From: an uncultured virus (IMG/VR IMGVR_UViG_3300043435_001124)
Taxonomy: Duplodnaviria; Heunggongvirae; Uroviricota; Caudoviricetes
Direction: 5' to 3' (one strand)
Length of the DNA: 20,000 bases
IMG/VR virus record: IMGVR_UViG_3300043435_001124
The position numbers were made by a program, and so were the translations under genes. Under the pieces are notes generated by a model, which saw only the letters and a program-made list of their open reading frames with translations, was not told the origin of the DNA and did no database searches. This document shows positions 7,134-15,326 of this stretch, piece by piece. Each line of letters starts with the position of its first letter. Positions within the stretch are counted from its first letter, which is position 1.

Positions 7134-7802
7134 ATGTTCACACATATTGATTTGAATCTCCCAAAACTTACGAGGGAGAGTATAGATGGAGTTCGTTATT
7201 ATAACATTGGTGAAGAAAATAAAAAACTGGTGTCTATTACCTCCGTTATTAGTCATTATAGTAAAGCAAAGTTTGCAAAATGGCGTAAAAGAGTTGGAGA
7301 AGAAGAAGCAAATAGAATCACAAAAAGAGCAACCAGTCGTGGTACTGATACTCATACTCTCATTGAGAGTTATTTGCTAAACGAAGAACTCTCAGAGGTT
7401 CAACCAATTTCAGAAATGTTATTTAAATTGGCGAAACCAACTCTAAATCGTATAAATAATATTTACTGTCTAGAAAGTTCTTTACACAGTAAAATTTTGG
7501 GAGTTGCAGGTTCTGTCGATACTATAGGAGAATTTGATGGTGAACTTGCAGTTATTGATTATAAGACTTCCGCAAAACCAAAGCCCCGTGAATGGTTAGA
7601 AGGATATTTTGTTCAAACTATGTTTTATGGAATGGCTTTATATGAGATGACGGATATTCAAATTAAAAAGTTAGTTATTATAATGACCTGTGAGAATGGA
7701 GAATGTGTTGTTTACGAAGAAAGAGATTTAGAAAAATATATGAAACTCGTTATTCAGTATATCAAAAAATTTGTAAACGATAAGTTAGAACAAATTGCTT
7801 GA
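7134..7802 (+). CDS. PD-(D/E)XK exonuclease
   Basis: SITSVI, RGTDTH, AGSVD, IDYKTS and YFVQ..Y motifs. Follows phoH as in T4-like cyanophages. Confidence 0.9.
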   Translation: MFTHIDLNLPKLTRESIDGVRYYNIGEENKKLVSITSVISHYSKAKFAKWRKRVGEEEANRITKRATSRGTDTHTLIESYLLNEELSEVQPISEMLFKLAKPTLNRINNIYCLESSLHSKILGVAGSVDTIGEFDGELAVIDYKTSAKPKPREWLEGYFVQTMFYGMALYEMTDIQIKKLVIIMTCENGECVVYEERDLEKYMKLVIQYIKKFVNDKLEQIA

Positions 7803-7827
7803 CATATAAGGACTAAAGGTTTATAAT
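7799..7827 (+). promoter_or_regulatory. Perfect-consensus sigma70 promoter for the gp33-gp59 operon
   Basis: TTGACA (7799-7804), 17 nt spacer, TATAAT (7822-7827). Confidence 0.9.
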
Positions 7828-7874
7828 AAACAAAAGTGAATTAAATTATTGTGCCACTTACGCTCGTTCAATTA

Positions 7875-8141
7875 ATGACTTCTGATTACAATAGAGAATT
7901 AGAAAAAGTATTAGAAGAAAAGTTTTTCTGTCCCTCAAGATTTGCTCAAGAAGTTGAGAAACTTGTAGTTCAAGAGAGTGTATCTTATATTGATGCAATA
8001 ATTGCTTTTTGTGAAATCAACAAAATTGATTTAGAATCTGTACCTAAACTTCTTTCAAAACCACTTAAAGAGAAGATTAAGTGCGAAGCAACTGAACTTA
8101 ATTTTCTTAAGAAAACTTCAAAGGCACGATTAGTATTTTGA
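7875..8141 (+). CDS. gp33: Late-promoter transcription co-activator gp33
   Basis: SYIDAI..FCE....DLESVPKLLSKPLKEKIK.EA..LNFL motif and position before gp59. ATG 7875 preferred, GTG 7851 is an alternative. Confidence 0.88.
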   Translation: MTSDYNRELEKVLEEKFFCPSRFAQEVEKLVVQESVSYIDAIIAFCEINKIDLESVPKLLSKPLKEKIKCEATELNFLKKTSKARLVF

Positions 8142-8731
8142 AATTGGAACCATTTGAATCATATCAAAAATATCTTGCTCTTAAGAATCATTTCACGAAT
8201 AAAAAATATAATTACTTCACATATAATGGAAAAGTAAAAGCAAATCTCCAATCTTTCTATAAACGCAAAGATAGATTTTGGTTTGAAAAATTGTCCAGAA
8301 ATAAAACTGATGAGGAAATATTAAACTTTTTTGTGGCAAATTTTGCTTCTTGTGATGATCCACAATCACTTTGGATTGGTCAAATCATTAAGGAAGGAGA
8401 AGATAATTATAAGAACTGGATGCGCAAGACTCAATCACTTTCTTATATTTTTAAAGAAGAAATAAGCATTTTTAATTCAAAAAACTTTGATGAGATGTTT
8501 AGTATTCAAGGTAACAAGCATCCTTTAATTATTAAGAATTATCTTCAGAAAAAAATATCATTAGAAACTTTAATTATTTTAAATAATATTCTCGAGTACA
8601 CAAAAGAGTTTGATAAGAAACTTCAAGACCCTGTTTGGGAATTTGTATCTATGAGAATTGAAAAATATACTCCCTTCATACATATTGATGTAAACAAATT
8701 TAAGCAATTATTGAAGGAGTGTGTGTTGTGA
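8138..8731 (+). CDS. gp59: Helicase loader gp59
   Basis: YLALKNHF...YNYFTYNGK...FYKRKDRFWFEKLS and ISLETLIIL motifs. TTG start overlaps the gp33 stop. Confidence 0.9.
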   Translation: MKLEPFESYQKYLALKNHFTNKKYNYFTYNGKVKANLQSFYKRKDRFWFEKLSRNKTDEEILNFFVANFASCDDPQSLWIGQIIKEGEDNYKNWMRKTQSLSYIFKEEISIFNSKNFDEMFSIQGNKHPLIIKNYLQKKISLETLIILNNILEYTKEFDKKLQDPVWEFVSMRIEKYTPFIHIDVNKFKQLLKECVL

Positions 8732-9069
8732 GTTTCTTCAATTCCGATATAGTTAGAGCAGAGATGAGTGAAATATCTATTTTACAAGACGATATTTATA
8801 GAAATATATTCACTTTTCCCGCAATGAATACTGAGGAAAAAAAGTTTCATATAAGTCTTTTAGAAAAACTTTTAAGTAAGCAAAAAATTCTTTATACTCG
8901 TCTGAGTTTATCTGATGATCCAGAGGCAATTGAGATGAAAGAAAAAATTGTTGAGTCTGCAACAATGATGGGTATGTCACCAAATGTTGATATGAATATT
9001 ATTTTTAATAATATGATGAGATTAATTGAAACCATGAAAGAACAACTTGACTTTCCTGAAGAGGGGTAG
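8728..9069 (+). CDS. DUF1825-like cyanophage/cyanobacterial protein
   Basis: SFFNSDIVRAEM...KQKILYTRLSLSDDPEAIEMK motif. GTGA overlap with the gp59 stop. Confidence 0.8.
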   Translation: MSFFNSDIVRAEMSEISILQDDIYRNIFTFPAMNTEEKKFHISLLEKLLSKQKILYTRLSLSDDPEAIEMKEKIVESATMMGMSPNVDMNIIFNNMMRLIETMKEQLDFPEEG

Positions 9070-9075
9070 TAGAAT
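9047..9075 (+). promoter_or_regulatory. Sigma70-type promoter for gp32
   Basis: TTGACT (9047-9052), 17 nt spacer, TAGAAT (9070-9075). Confidence 0.8.
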
Positions 9076-9136
9076 AATTATGGGCTGGACGATCCCTTAA
9101 GCAAAGTCATAAAGGCCAAATCTGCACTGAAATAAA

Positions 9137-10081
9137 ATGTCATTTGAATCTCTAAAAAAACAATCTAAACTTGGTTCTCTTACTGATAAACTAGTAAAAG
9201 AAGTTGAAAAAATGAATACTAGTGGTGCTGGAGGAACCGATGAACGCTTCTGGAAACCGACTATGGGCAAAGGAGATGTAGGTTCTGCAGTTATCCGTTT
9301 CCTTCCTGCTCCCGGTGATGAAGATCTACCTTGGGTAAAACTATATAATCACGCATTTCAGGGAACTGGTGGTTGGTTGATCGACAACTGCTCCACTACA
9401 ATTAGTCAGAAGTGTCCAGTATGTGCGTCAAACACTGAACTTTGGAACTCCGGAAACGACCGCGATAAAGAAACAGTTCGTCAACGGAAGCGTAAACTAT
9501 CATATTATTCAAACATCTATGTAATTAAAGATCCTGCAAATCCAGAAAACGAAGGTAAGATCTTTCTCTTTAAATTTGGTAAGAAAATCTTTGATAAGAT
9601 TCTGAACGCAATGCAACCAGAATTTGAAGATGAGGCACCCATCAATCCGTTTGATTTTTGGGTGGGCGCAAACTTCCGTCTCAAGATTCGTAAGGTAGAG
9701 GGTTATTGGAACTACGATAAGTCAGAGTTTGATTCACCAGAACCTCTTATGGATGATGATGATGCTCTAGAAGCACTCTGGAAGAAAGAATATTCGCTCT
9801 CTGCAATTGTTGCTCCTGATCAATTCAAGTCCTATGATGAACTTGAAAAGCGTCTAAATTCTGTTCTTGGTATTGGTAAAGTTGCTCCCAAGACATCTAC
9901 TGCTGATGAAGAAGAGCGTTATGAATCTTATGCTTCAAAGCAAAACACTGAAGAAAATGTGATGCAGGAACTTGAAGAATCTTATCGCAAGAGTAAGAAT
10001 GTAGAACTTCCTAAAGTTACTTCAAGTGATGATGAAGAAGATGATGCGATGAGTTACTTTTCTAAACTAGCGAATTCTTGA
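9137..10081 (+). CDS. gp32: Single-stranded DNA-binding protein gp32
   Basis: DERFWKP, AVIRFLPAP, Zn ligands H...C..CPVC, FGKKIFDKI, NYDKSEF and acidic tail ending SYFSKLA. Confidence 0.96.
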   Translation: MSFESLKKQSKLGSLTDKLVKEVEKMNTSGAGGTDERFWKPTMGKGDVGSAVIRFLPAPGDEDLPWVKLYNHAFQGTGGWLIDNCSTTISQKCPVCASNTELWNSGNDRDKETVRQRKRKLSYYSNIYVIKDPANPENEGKIFLFKFGKKIFDKILNAMQPEFEDEAPINPFDFWVGANFRLKIRKVEGYWNYDKSEFDSPEPLMDDDDALEALWKKEYSLSAIVAPDQFKSYDELEKRLNSVLGIGKVAPKTSTADEEERYESYASKQNTEENVMQELEESYRKSKNVELPKVTSSDDEEDDAMSYFSKLANS

Positions 10082-11212
10082 TTACTCAAATAGTCTGATA
10101 TTATCGCCTCTTTTTAAGGTGGAGTTCACATATTGATCTCCACCTTTTTTGTATGTCATCAATTCTTCCATATCATTAAAAATAACACTTAGATATATTG
10201 GTTTCAAAATATAGATATTTCTTTTTTCTTCTTCAATTTTTAATTCATACTCATAATTTGTTACCGGTCTTATGAAAGAAGTTGAAGGAACTTGAACTGT
10301 ATTACTAAGTCCAGCATCCCAATATTCATAGTAATATGCGGTTAAACTTTTAATTGTAAGTTCATCAACCCAATTAAATCCCGTATAAATCCACAAATTT
10401 CCAGTTTCAGAGTCAACTACGGCATTTCCCGATACTGCATTTGGAAATTGATTTTGTAAAACTTCATCTGATGAATTTAGTATAGATCCAATAGGTGTAA
10501 ATGTGGTATTTAATGTAAAAATAATTTTCTCTTTTTTGGATGTGGATATTACCGGATTACTGATAATAGGAACTGATGGGAGTTCATAAGTAAATCCTTT
10601 ATCAAAAACTGTCGTTGCAATGAATTTACCATTATATTCTCTTTCAGATATTCCATCAATCGTGACTTGACTACCCACAAATATTCCAGGAATATTCGTT
10701 GTCATATCAACTTTTATATTTGTACCGGTAGCAGTTATATCCGCAATAGTTGAATTTATAATTTCAATAAAATTTCCATTTGTTTTCCAAGTGGGAGAAA
10801 TTGTTAAACCACCTTTAAGAACTGTAATACCTAATGAGTTCTTAATTTCTTCTGTTTCATAATGATGAATACCATTATAAAGATTATCATAAGAACCATA
10901 ACGCTCTAACATAACCTTTTCAAAGGTTATTTGAGTCATCGGCCATTCTGATTGAATATTCAGAATGTTATTTGAAAGAAGAACAACCCAATCTAATGTT
11001 TCTTCATCATAAAACTTATAAGCAACATTATCAGGCCGTTCATCACCAATAATTGAATACTTCTCAAAGAATTGGAGATTAGCAAAAATATCTTCTCTTA
11101 ATTTTCCACGCTTAAAAAGATTTTTTACCGGAATATATTCGGAGATATATTTGTCTCCTATGTCTCTAGAAACATATTCAAAGTTTGGAACCTGTCTGAA
11201 GTAAGATGCCAT
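10082..11212 (-). CDS. gp53: Baseplate wedge subunit gp53 with an internal insertion
   Basis: LysM-like ERPDNVAYKFY...DWVVLLSNNI...EWP, HHYET and VTNYEYE..IEEEKRNIYILKP motifs. Confidence 0.9.
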   Translation of the reverse strand: MASYFRQVPNFEYVSRDIGDKYISEYIPVKNLFKRGKLREDIFANLQFFEKYSIIGDERPDNVAYKFYDEETLDWVVLLSNNILNIQSEWPMTQITFEKVMLERYGSYDNLYNGIHHYETEEIKNSLGITVLKGGLTISPTWKTNGNFIEIINSTIADITATGTNIKVDMTTNIPGIFVGSQVTIDGISEREYNGKFIATTVFDKGFTYELPSVPIISNPVISTSKKEKIIFTLNTTFTPIGSILNSSDEVLQNQFPNAVSGNAVVDSETGNLWIYTGFNWVDELTIKSLTAYYYEYWDAGLSNTVQVPSTSFIRPVTNYEYELKIEEEKRNIYILKPIYLSVIFNDMEELMTYKKGGDQYVNSTLKRGDNIRLFE

Positions 11213-11213
11213 T

Positions 11214-12620
11214 TTAGTAACCTATTGAAGAATCTAATCCGCCACCAATTGCTTTATCTGCTTCTGCATAATCATCATCATAAATTGCTTCAAGTTCTGT
11301 AAATTGAAGACCTATTTCATAAGAAGTCATAGCACCATCTCCAAAAGTAGCATAACTTCCTGCAGGAGTATAATTCACAGTACACCCAGTAAGAGCACAT
11401 TCTTTTATTCTATTAATCCAAGGATGATCTTTCTGAGTTATTCCGTAAATGTATTTAATCTCAAATGTATGAGGTGCCTTTAAAAATAAATCAGTTTCTG
11501 CTCTCTTTACTGACATTCCTTGTTTAAAAAATCTTATAATATTGCGAATATTTTTTGATTCATTTGGTTCTCTTGCGGATAAAGTAAAATTAAATTGGAA
11601 AGTTCTAAGTTGAGGACCTTCAAATAGTAACTCTATATTTGGATTTATTATTCCTCCAAGTACTCTAGGAACAAGACCTTTAACTTGTGCTGCCTGTCCT
11701 GCAAAATATGCCGCCGCCGCATTCTTTAGAGATTCCATAGCACCACTTGATGCAAATAATTTTTCTATGCCAGTTATTGATTCTGTAGCACCAACGACAC
11801 CATTGTTAATACTGCCGAGTGCAACTGCTGCTGCGATTCCTTCAAATGCATTCATGGTGTCTTCTCCCCATTTAACAGTATTTGTGTCTGAAATGGAAGG
11901 TTGAATAGGAAGAACAACAGTACTTCCTCTTGTTTTAGCCTCTAGTCTATCTTCAACTGCCTTTCCTTCTCCCAATAATTTGGGACTTAATTTTCTTGGT
12001 CTATATTCAAGCATAGTGAATTGTATATAATCTTGTGTCTCATCCATATTAATTGGATATCTTAATAAAGATTTATCTGGATATTGAGTTACTAATCTTG
12101 TTTTCTTACTACCTGCTATTTGAGTATTAGTTAAATTAGTTAATCCCTGTTCAACTCTACCGGCAGTTGCTCCAGTTTCTCCGTCAGGTTGGTCTCCAGA
12201 TGGTGGCGTATCTACTCGTCCGTTCTGTAGTAATTCGTTAGTTCTTTTTTGTCTCGTTTGTAGATCAACATTCAAGTCTCTTTGGGCATTATTTGAAGTC
12301 TCTCTCGCTTTATCTTTTACTTGTTGTAGTGCTTGTGGTTGTTGAGCAAATGCTTTTTTTTCGTTTTCTGTTATTCCATTTATTCCCAAGAATGCATCAT
12401 TTGGAATAAATTTTCCTTTATTTGGACCTGTTGAGGGAATTGTTCCAACTGTGGCATCAAACTCATCAGCAAGTGCCGAATCTATGATTTGAGATCTATT
12501 AAATCTTTTTAACGTAATTTCTCCAGTTTCCGTATTTACTAATGTATAATATGTTTGAGTAGAATCAACTGATGGAAGAGGGAATTGATTTTTATTTCTT
12601 GATCCATATACATTCGCCAT
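11214..12620 (-). CDS. gp48: Baseplate tail-tube cap gp48
   Basis: LRYP..DYIQF, NPNIELLFEGPQLRTFQFNF, IIRFFK, CALTGCTVNYTP and LQFTELE motifs. Confidence 0.9.
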   Translation of the reverse strand: MANVYGSRNKNQFPLPSVDSTQTYYTLVNTETGEITLKRFNRSQIIDSALADEFDATVGTIPSTGPNKGKFIPNDAFLGINGITENEKKAFAQQPQALQQVKDKARETSNNAQRDLNVDLQTRQKRTNELLQNGRVDTPPSGDQPDGETGATAGRVEQGLTNLTNTQIAGSKKTRLVTQYPDKSLLRYPINMDETQDYIQFTMLEYRPRKLSPKLLGEGKAVEDRLEAKTRGSTVVLPIQPSISDTNTVKWGEDTMNAFEGIAAAVALGSINNGVVGATESITGIEKLFASSGAMESLKNAAAAYFAGQAAQVKGLVPRVLGGIINPNIELLFEGPQLRTFQFNFTLSAREPNESKNIRNIIRFFKQGMSVKRAETDLFLKAPHTFEIKYIYGITQKDHPWINRIKECALTGCTVNYTPAGSYATFGDGAMTSYEIGLQFTELEAIYDDDYAEADKAIGGGLDSSIGY

Positions 12621-12679
12621 CAGAACTCCTCCCTAACAAGGAACATAAGAATCAAATTTGTTTCCCTTTTACGCAACAT
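12620..12679 (-). CDS. Candidate 19-aa leader ORF (MLRKRETNLILMFLVREEF) coupled to gp48
   Basis: ATG 24 nt downstream of a TATAAATA box. Its TGA overlaps the gp48 ATG (TGATG) and it contains the GGGAGGAG SD of gp48. Confidence 0.35.
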   Translation of the reverse strand: MLRKRETNLILMFLVREEF

Positions 12680-12703
12680 TAGAAATGGAAGTTCCTTATT
12701 CTT

Positions 12704-12711
12704 TATTTATA
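12704..12711 (-). promoter_or_regulatory. T4-type late promoter TATAAATA for gp48-gp53
   Basis: tatttata on the + strand is an exact TATAAATA on the - strand, intergenic. Confidence 0.8.
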
Positions 12712-12732
12712 GTATATAAAAATAAATTTTAA

Positions 12733-13179
12733 TTAAAAAAGTTCGTTTTCTGTAATGACTTTGAACTTTATCATTCTATCTTCACACCACTCCACGATGG
12801 ATTTCCATTTTGATTGATTAACGGCATAAGTATTCACTTCATTAATATAAGTTTTATTTTTCTTTTTTCCTTGTACTGGCGGTACTGTTTGTCTTTTTGG
12901 TTTTATTTCTATTACATACTTTTGTATTTTTCCATTATCTTCTAACATTTCTACAATAAAATCCGGAAAATATCTACATACTTTTTCTTTTACTGGATTA
13001 TAATATGGTATAGAAAATTCTTCAGACCCATATCTTAATATATTTGGAGACCTATCACACCACTGCATAAACTTAAGTTCCCAACTGCTGCGGTAGATTA
13101 TATTTTGAACGTCTCCAATATATTTTTTTGGATTTCTTGGATTAAATCTACCCTGATGATATTTTGAATCACGAGGCAT
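12733..13179 (-). CDS. gp4: Head completion protein gp4 (TnsA-like nuclease fold)
   Basis: YRSSWE..FM.WCD, SEE..IPY, YFPDF, IEIKP, N.SKW and ITENEL motifs. Confidence 0.92.
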   Translation of the reverse strand: MPRDSKYHQGRFNPRNPKKYIGDVQNIIYRSSWELKFMQWCDRSPNILRYGSEEFSIPYYNPVKEKVCRYFPDFIVEMLEDNGKIQKYVIEIKPKRQTVPPVQGKKKNKTYINEVNTYAVNQSKWKSIVEWCEDRMIKFKVITENELF

Positions 13180-13633
13180 TTTTCCATCCTTTATGTGATT
13201 TTCTTTTTCCAGAAAGAACAGAACCTAATTTTGATGGGTTTAAATTTAATTCTTTACTTATATGAGTTATGCAATCAAATTCAACTATTTCCCCATCCTT
13301 AGAAATTATTTTTCCTCCTTTTTGTAGATGTGGATAAGTATGTCCTTTATTATGTGCAGGTTTTCCTCTTCTTTTTTCTACAGATGCTTTAATTGCTTTA
13401 CTCATATCCCTTCCACTTTTCGCTTCTCTCATCAATTCCAAAGTTTCTTCAGAATAGATTCCAATTTTTCCTTTATTCCAAGGAGTGTGATTTTTTTCAA
13501 ATCCTCCAAGAGAATTGTTAATTTTTTCTACGGAATCAATATATTCTATTTTAATAATTTCACTACCATCAATATTAAAAACATCACATAATGTTTTAGT
13601 ATTCCAGTATTCTACTTTTTTTATATTTGACAT
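13169..13633 (-). CDS. NUMOD3/HTH DNA-binding protein related to homing endonucleases, with no recognisable nuclease domain
   Basis: PWNKGK...YSEETLELMREAKSG and GKPAHNKG repeats, C-terminal HTH ending SVLSGKRKSHKGW. No GIY-YIG or HNH motif seen. Confidence 0.75.
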   Translation of the reverse strand: MSNIKKVEYWNTKTLCDVFNIDGSEIIKIEYIDSVEKINNSLGGFEKNHTPWNKGKIGIYSEETLELMREAKSGRDMSKAIKASVEKRRGKPAHNKGHTYPHLQKGGKIISKDGEIVEFDCITHISKELNLNPSKLGSVLSGKRKSHKGWKNAS

Positions 13634-13640
13634 ATTGAAC

Positions 13641-13648
13641 TATAAATA
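13641..13648 (+). promoter_or_regulatory. T4-type late promoter TATAAATA for the tail-tube-like gene
   Basis: Exact consensus, 26 nt upstream of ATG 13675. Confidence 0.85.
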
Positions 13649-13665
13649 TATAATAAACTGTAGAA

Positions 13666-13673
13666 TATTTATA
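13666..13673 (-). promoter_or_regulatory. T4-type late promoter TATAAATA for the NUMOD gene and gp4
   Basis: Exact consensus on the - strand, 32 nt upstream of ATG 13633. Confidence 0.8.
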
Positions 13674-13674
13674 G

Positions 13675-14556
13675 ATGGCTGCGCCTCGCCCAAGTAGAGT
13701 TAAATTAAGTGAAATAAAAACTAAGTTACTGAGACCAGCATTAACCTCTCATTATATTTGCGACTTTCAACCACCAGATTCTGCAAATGGTTTTTTATTA
13801 GCAAGAGTACTTAATACACCAACAAAAAGAGCAGATAGATTATCTCTCGCTTGTTCTGATGCGTCTCTTCCGGGATCTTCCTTACAGACTCACGATATTA
13901 CTAATGATTTTACCGGAGTTACTGAAAAACACGCATATCGCCGCTTGTATGACGACAGAGCAGATTTTAGTTTTTATGTAGATGCTGAGGAATATTATGT
14001 AATTGATTTTTTTGAATCTTGGATTGGATATACTGTGAATGAACAATATGGAGAAAATGGGGTAAATATTGAAAGGAGAGCGTATAATTACCGTGTCAAT
14101 TATTCAAAATATTATACTACTGATGCTCTTTCTATCACAAAGTTTGAAAGATCTTATGGTACTCAAGAAGCAAAAGGAAGTTCTTCGTTAAGATATAATT
14201 TTGTGAAAGCATTTCCGATTAGTATTAATTCTATGCCAGTATCTTATGATTCCTCACAGTTACTTAAATGTACGGTCTCATTTACTTATAGTCGTTATTG
14301 GATTCAAGGATTAAATCTACGAGGAAAAACTGGCGAACCTGGTCAAACACCTGACACTGGAGTACCAAAATCTCAATTTGATATAACTCCACAAAAACTG
14401 GCAGAAGTAAATTCAAACTTTGGATTTACTTCAAATGTAGCATTAAGTAAAGGTAATATTTCTCCTGGCACAGTATTTGATACTCAATTGAGAACTGAAT
14501 CTCTTTTGGATAGTAGTGCTTATGGATCTCGATTAAGAGATATACCTCTTTTTTAA
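13675..14556 (+). CDS. Tail-tube-fold protein (gp19/gp54-like baseplate tail-tube initiator)
   Basis: LACSDASLPG, FFESWI and Y.FVKAFPISINSMPVSY...LKCTVSFTY motifs of the gp19/gp54 family. Confidence 0.8.
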   Translation: MAAPRPSRVKLSEIKTKLLRPALTSHYICDFQPPDSANGFLLARVLNTPTKRADRLSLACSDASLPGSSLQTHDITNDFTGVTEKHAYRRLYDDRADFSFYVDAEEYYVIDFFESWIGYTVNEQYGENGVNIERRAYNYRVNYSKYYTTDALSITKFERSYGTQEAKGSSSLRYNFVKAFPISINSMPVSYDSSQLLKCTVSFTYSRYWIQGLNLRGKTGEPGQTPDTGVPKSQFDITPQKLAEVNSNFGFTSNVALSKGNISPGTVFDTQLRTESLLDSSAYGSRLRDIPLF

Positions 14557-14570
14557 TTTAGCATAATCAT

Positions 14571-14578
14571 TATAAATA
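14571..14578 (+). promoter_or_regulatory. T4-type late promoter TATAAATA for gp26 and downstream genes
   Basis: Exact consensus, intergenic, 29 nt upstream of ATG 14608. Confidence 0.85.
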
Positions 14579-14607
14579 AAGTAACTGAGTTTCTATATAA
14601 AGAAATT

Positions 14608-15324
14608 ATGCTTCCTAAAATTGCTACACCAACTTATGAACTTGAGTTGCCATCAACTGAGCAAACTATAAAGTTTAGACCGTTTCTAGTGAAAGAAGAA
14701 AAACTTCTTGTAATTGCACTAGAATCGGAAGATACTAAACAGATTACAAATGCAATCAAAACAGTCATTAAGAATTGCATTGAAACCAAAGGAATTAAAG
14801 TGGAAACACTTCCTACTTTTGATATTGAATATTTGTTTTTAAATATTCGTGCCAAGTCAGTTGGAGAAGAAATTGATGTAAATATCATTTGCCCTGATGA
14901 TGAAGAAACTAGTGTTTCTGTTAAAATTAATGTAGATGATATTAAAGTTCAAACAAATGAAGATCATACAAATAAAATAAAACTTGATGATACTTTAATG
15001 ATGGAAATGAAATATCCTTCATTGGAACAATTCATTAAGAATAACTTTGATATTTCAAATAATAGTGCAATTGACCAATCATTTGAACTTGTTGCATCTT
15101 GTGTGAATAAAATCTATAATGAAGATGAGGTATGGGCAGCTGCTGATGTGACTAAGAAAGAACTTATGGATTTCTTGGATCAAATGAATACTTCTCAATT
15201 TAAACAGATTGAAAAATTCTTTGAGACTATGCCTAAGTTATCTCATACTATTAAAGTAAAAAATCCAAATACTGAAGTTGAAAGTGAAGTTGTTCTTGAG
15301 GGTCTATCAAGTTTTTTCGCTTAG
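14608..15324 (+). CDS. gp26: Baseplate hub assembly protein gp26
   Basis: LPKIATPTYELELPS, FRPFLVKEEK, FDIEYLFLNIRAKSVGE, MKYP, FFETMPKL and EGLSSFF motifs. Confidence 0.92.
   Translation: MLPKIATPTYELELPSTEQTIKFRPFLVKEEKLLVIALESEDTKQITNAIKTVIKNCIETKGIKVETLPTFDIEYLFLNIRAKSVGEEIDVNIICPDDEETSVSVKINVDDIKVQTNEDHTNKIKLDDTLMMEMKYPSLEQFIKNNFDISNNSAIDQSFELVASCVNKIYNEDEVWAAADVTKKELMDFLDQMNTSQFKQIEKFFETMPKLSHTIKVKNPNTEVESEVVLEGLSSFFA
15298..15318 (+). promoter_or_regulatory. Candidate -1 ribosomal frameshift site (internal SD-like GAGGG plus T_TTT_TTC)
   Basis: Heptamer 15312-15318 is correctly phased in the gp26 frame. The -1 frame reads TTT TTT CGC TTA GGA ATG into gp51. Confidence 0.65.
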
Positions 15325-15326
15325 GA

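Noticed and set aside
7134..7802. Exonuclease as a Cas4 / CRISPR-associated gene
   Set aside because: No Cas4 four-cysteine Fe-S pattern and no array or other cas genes. It is the usual exonuclease following phoH.
13160..13200. Frameshift fusion of the NUMOD protein to gp4
   Set aside because: It would need a +1 shift, there is no convincing shift site, and gp4 has its own ATG with a well-spaced AAGGA SD.
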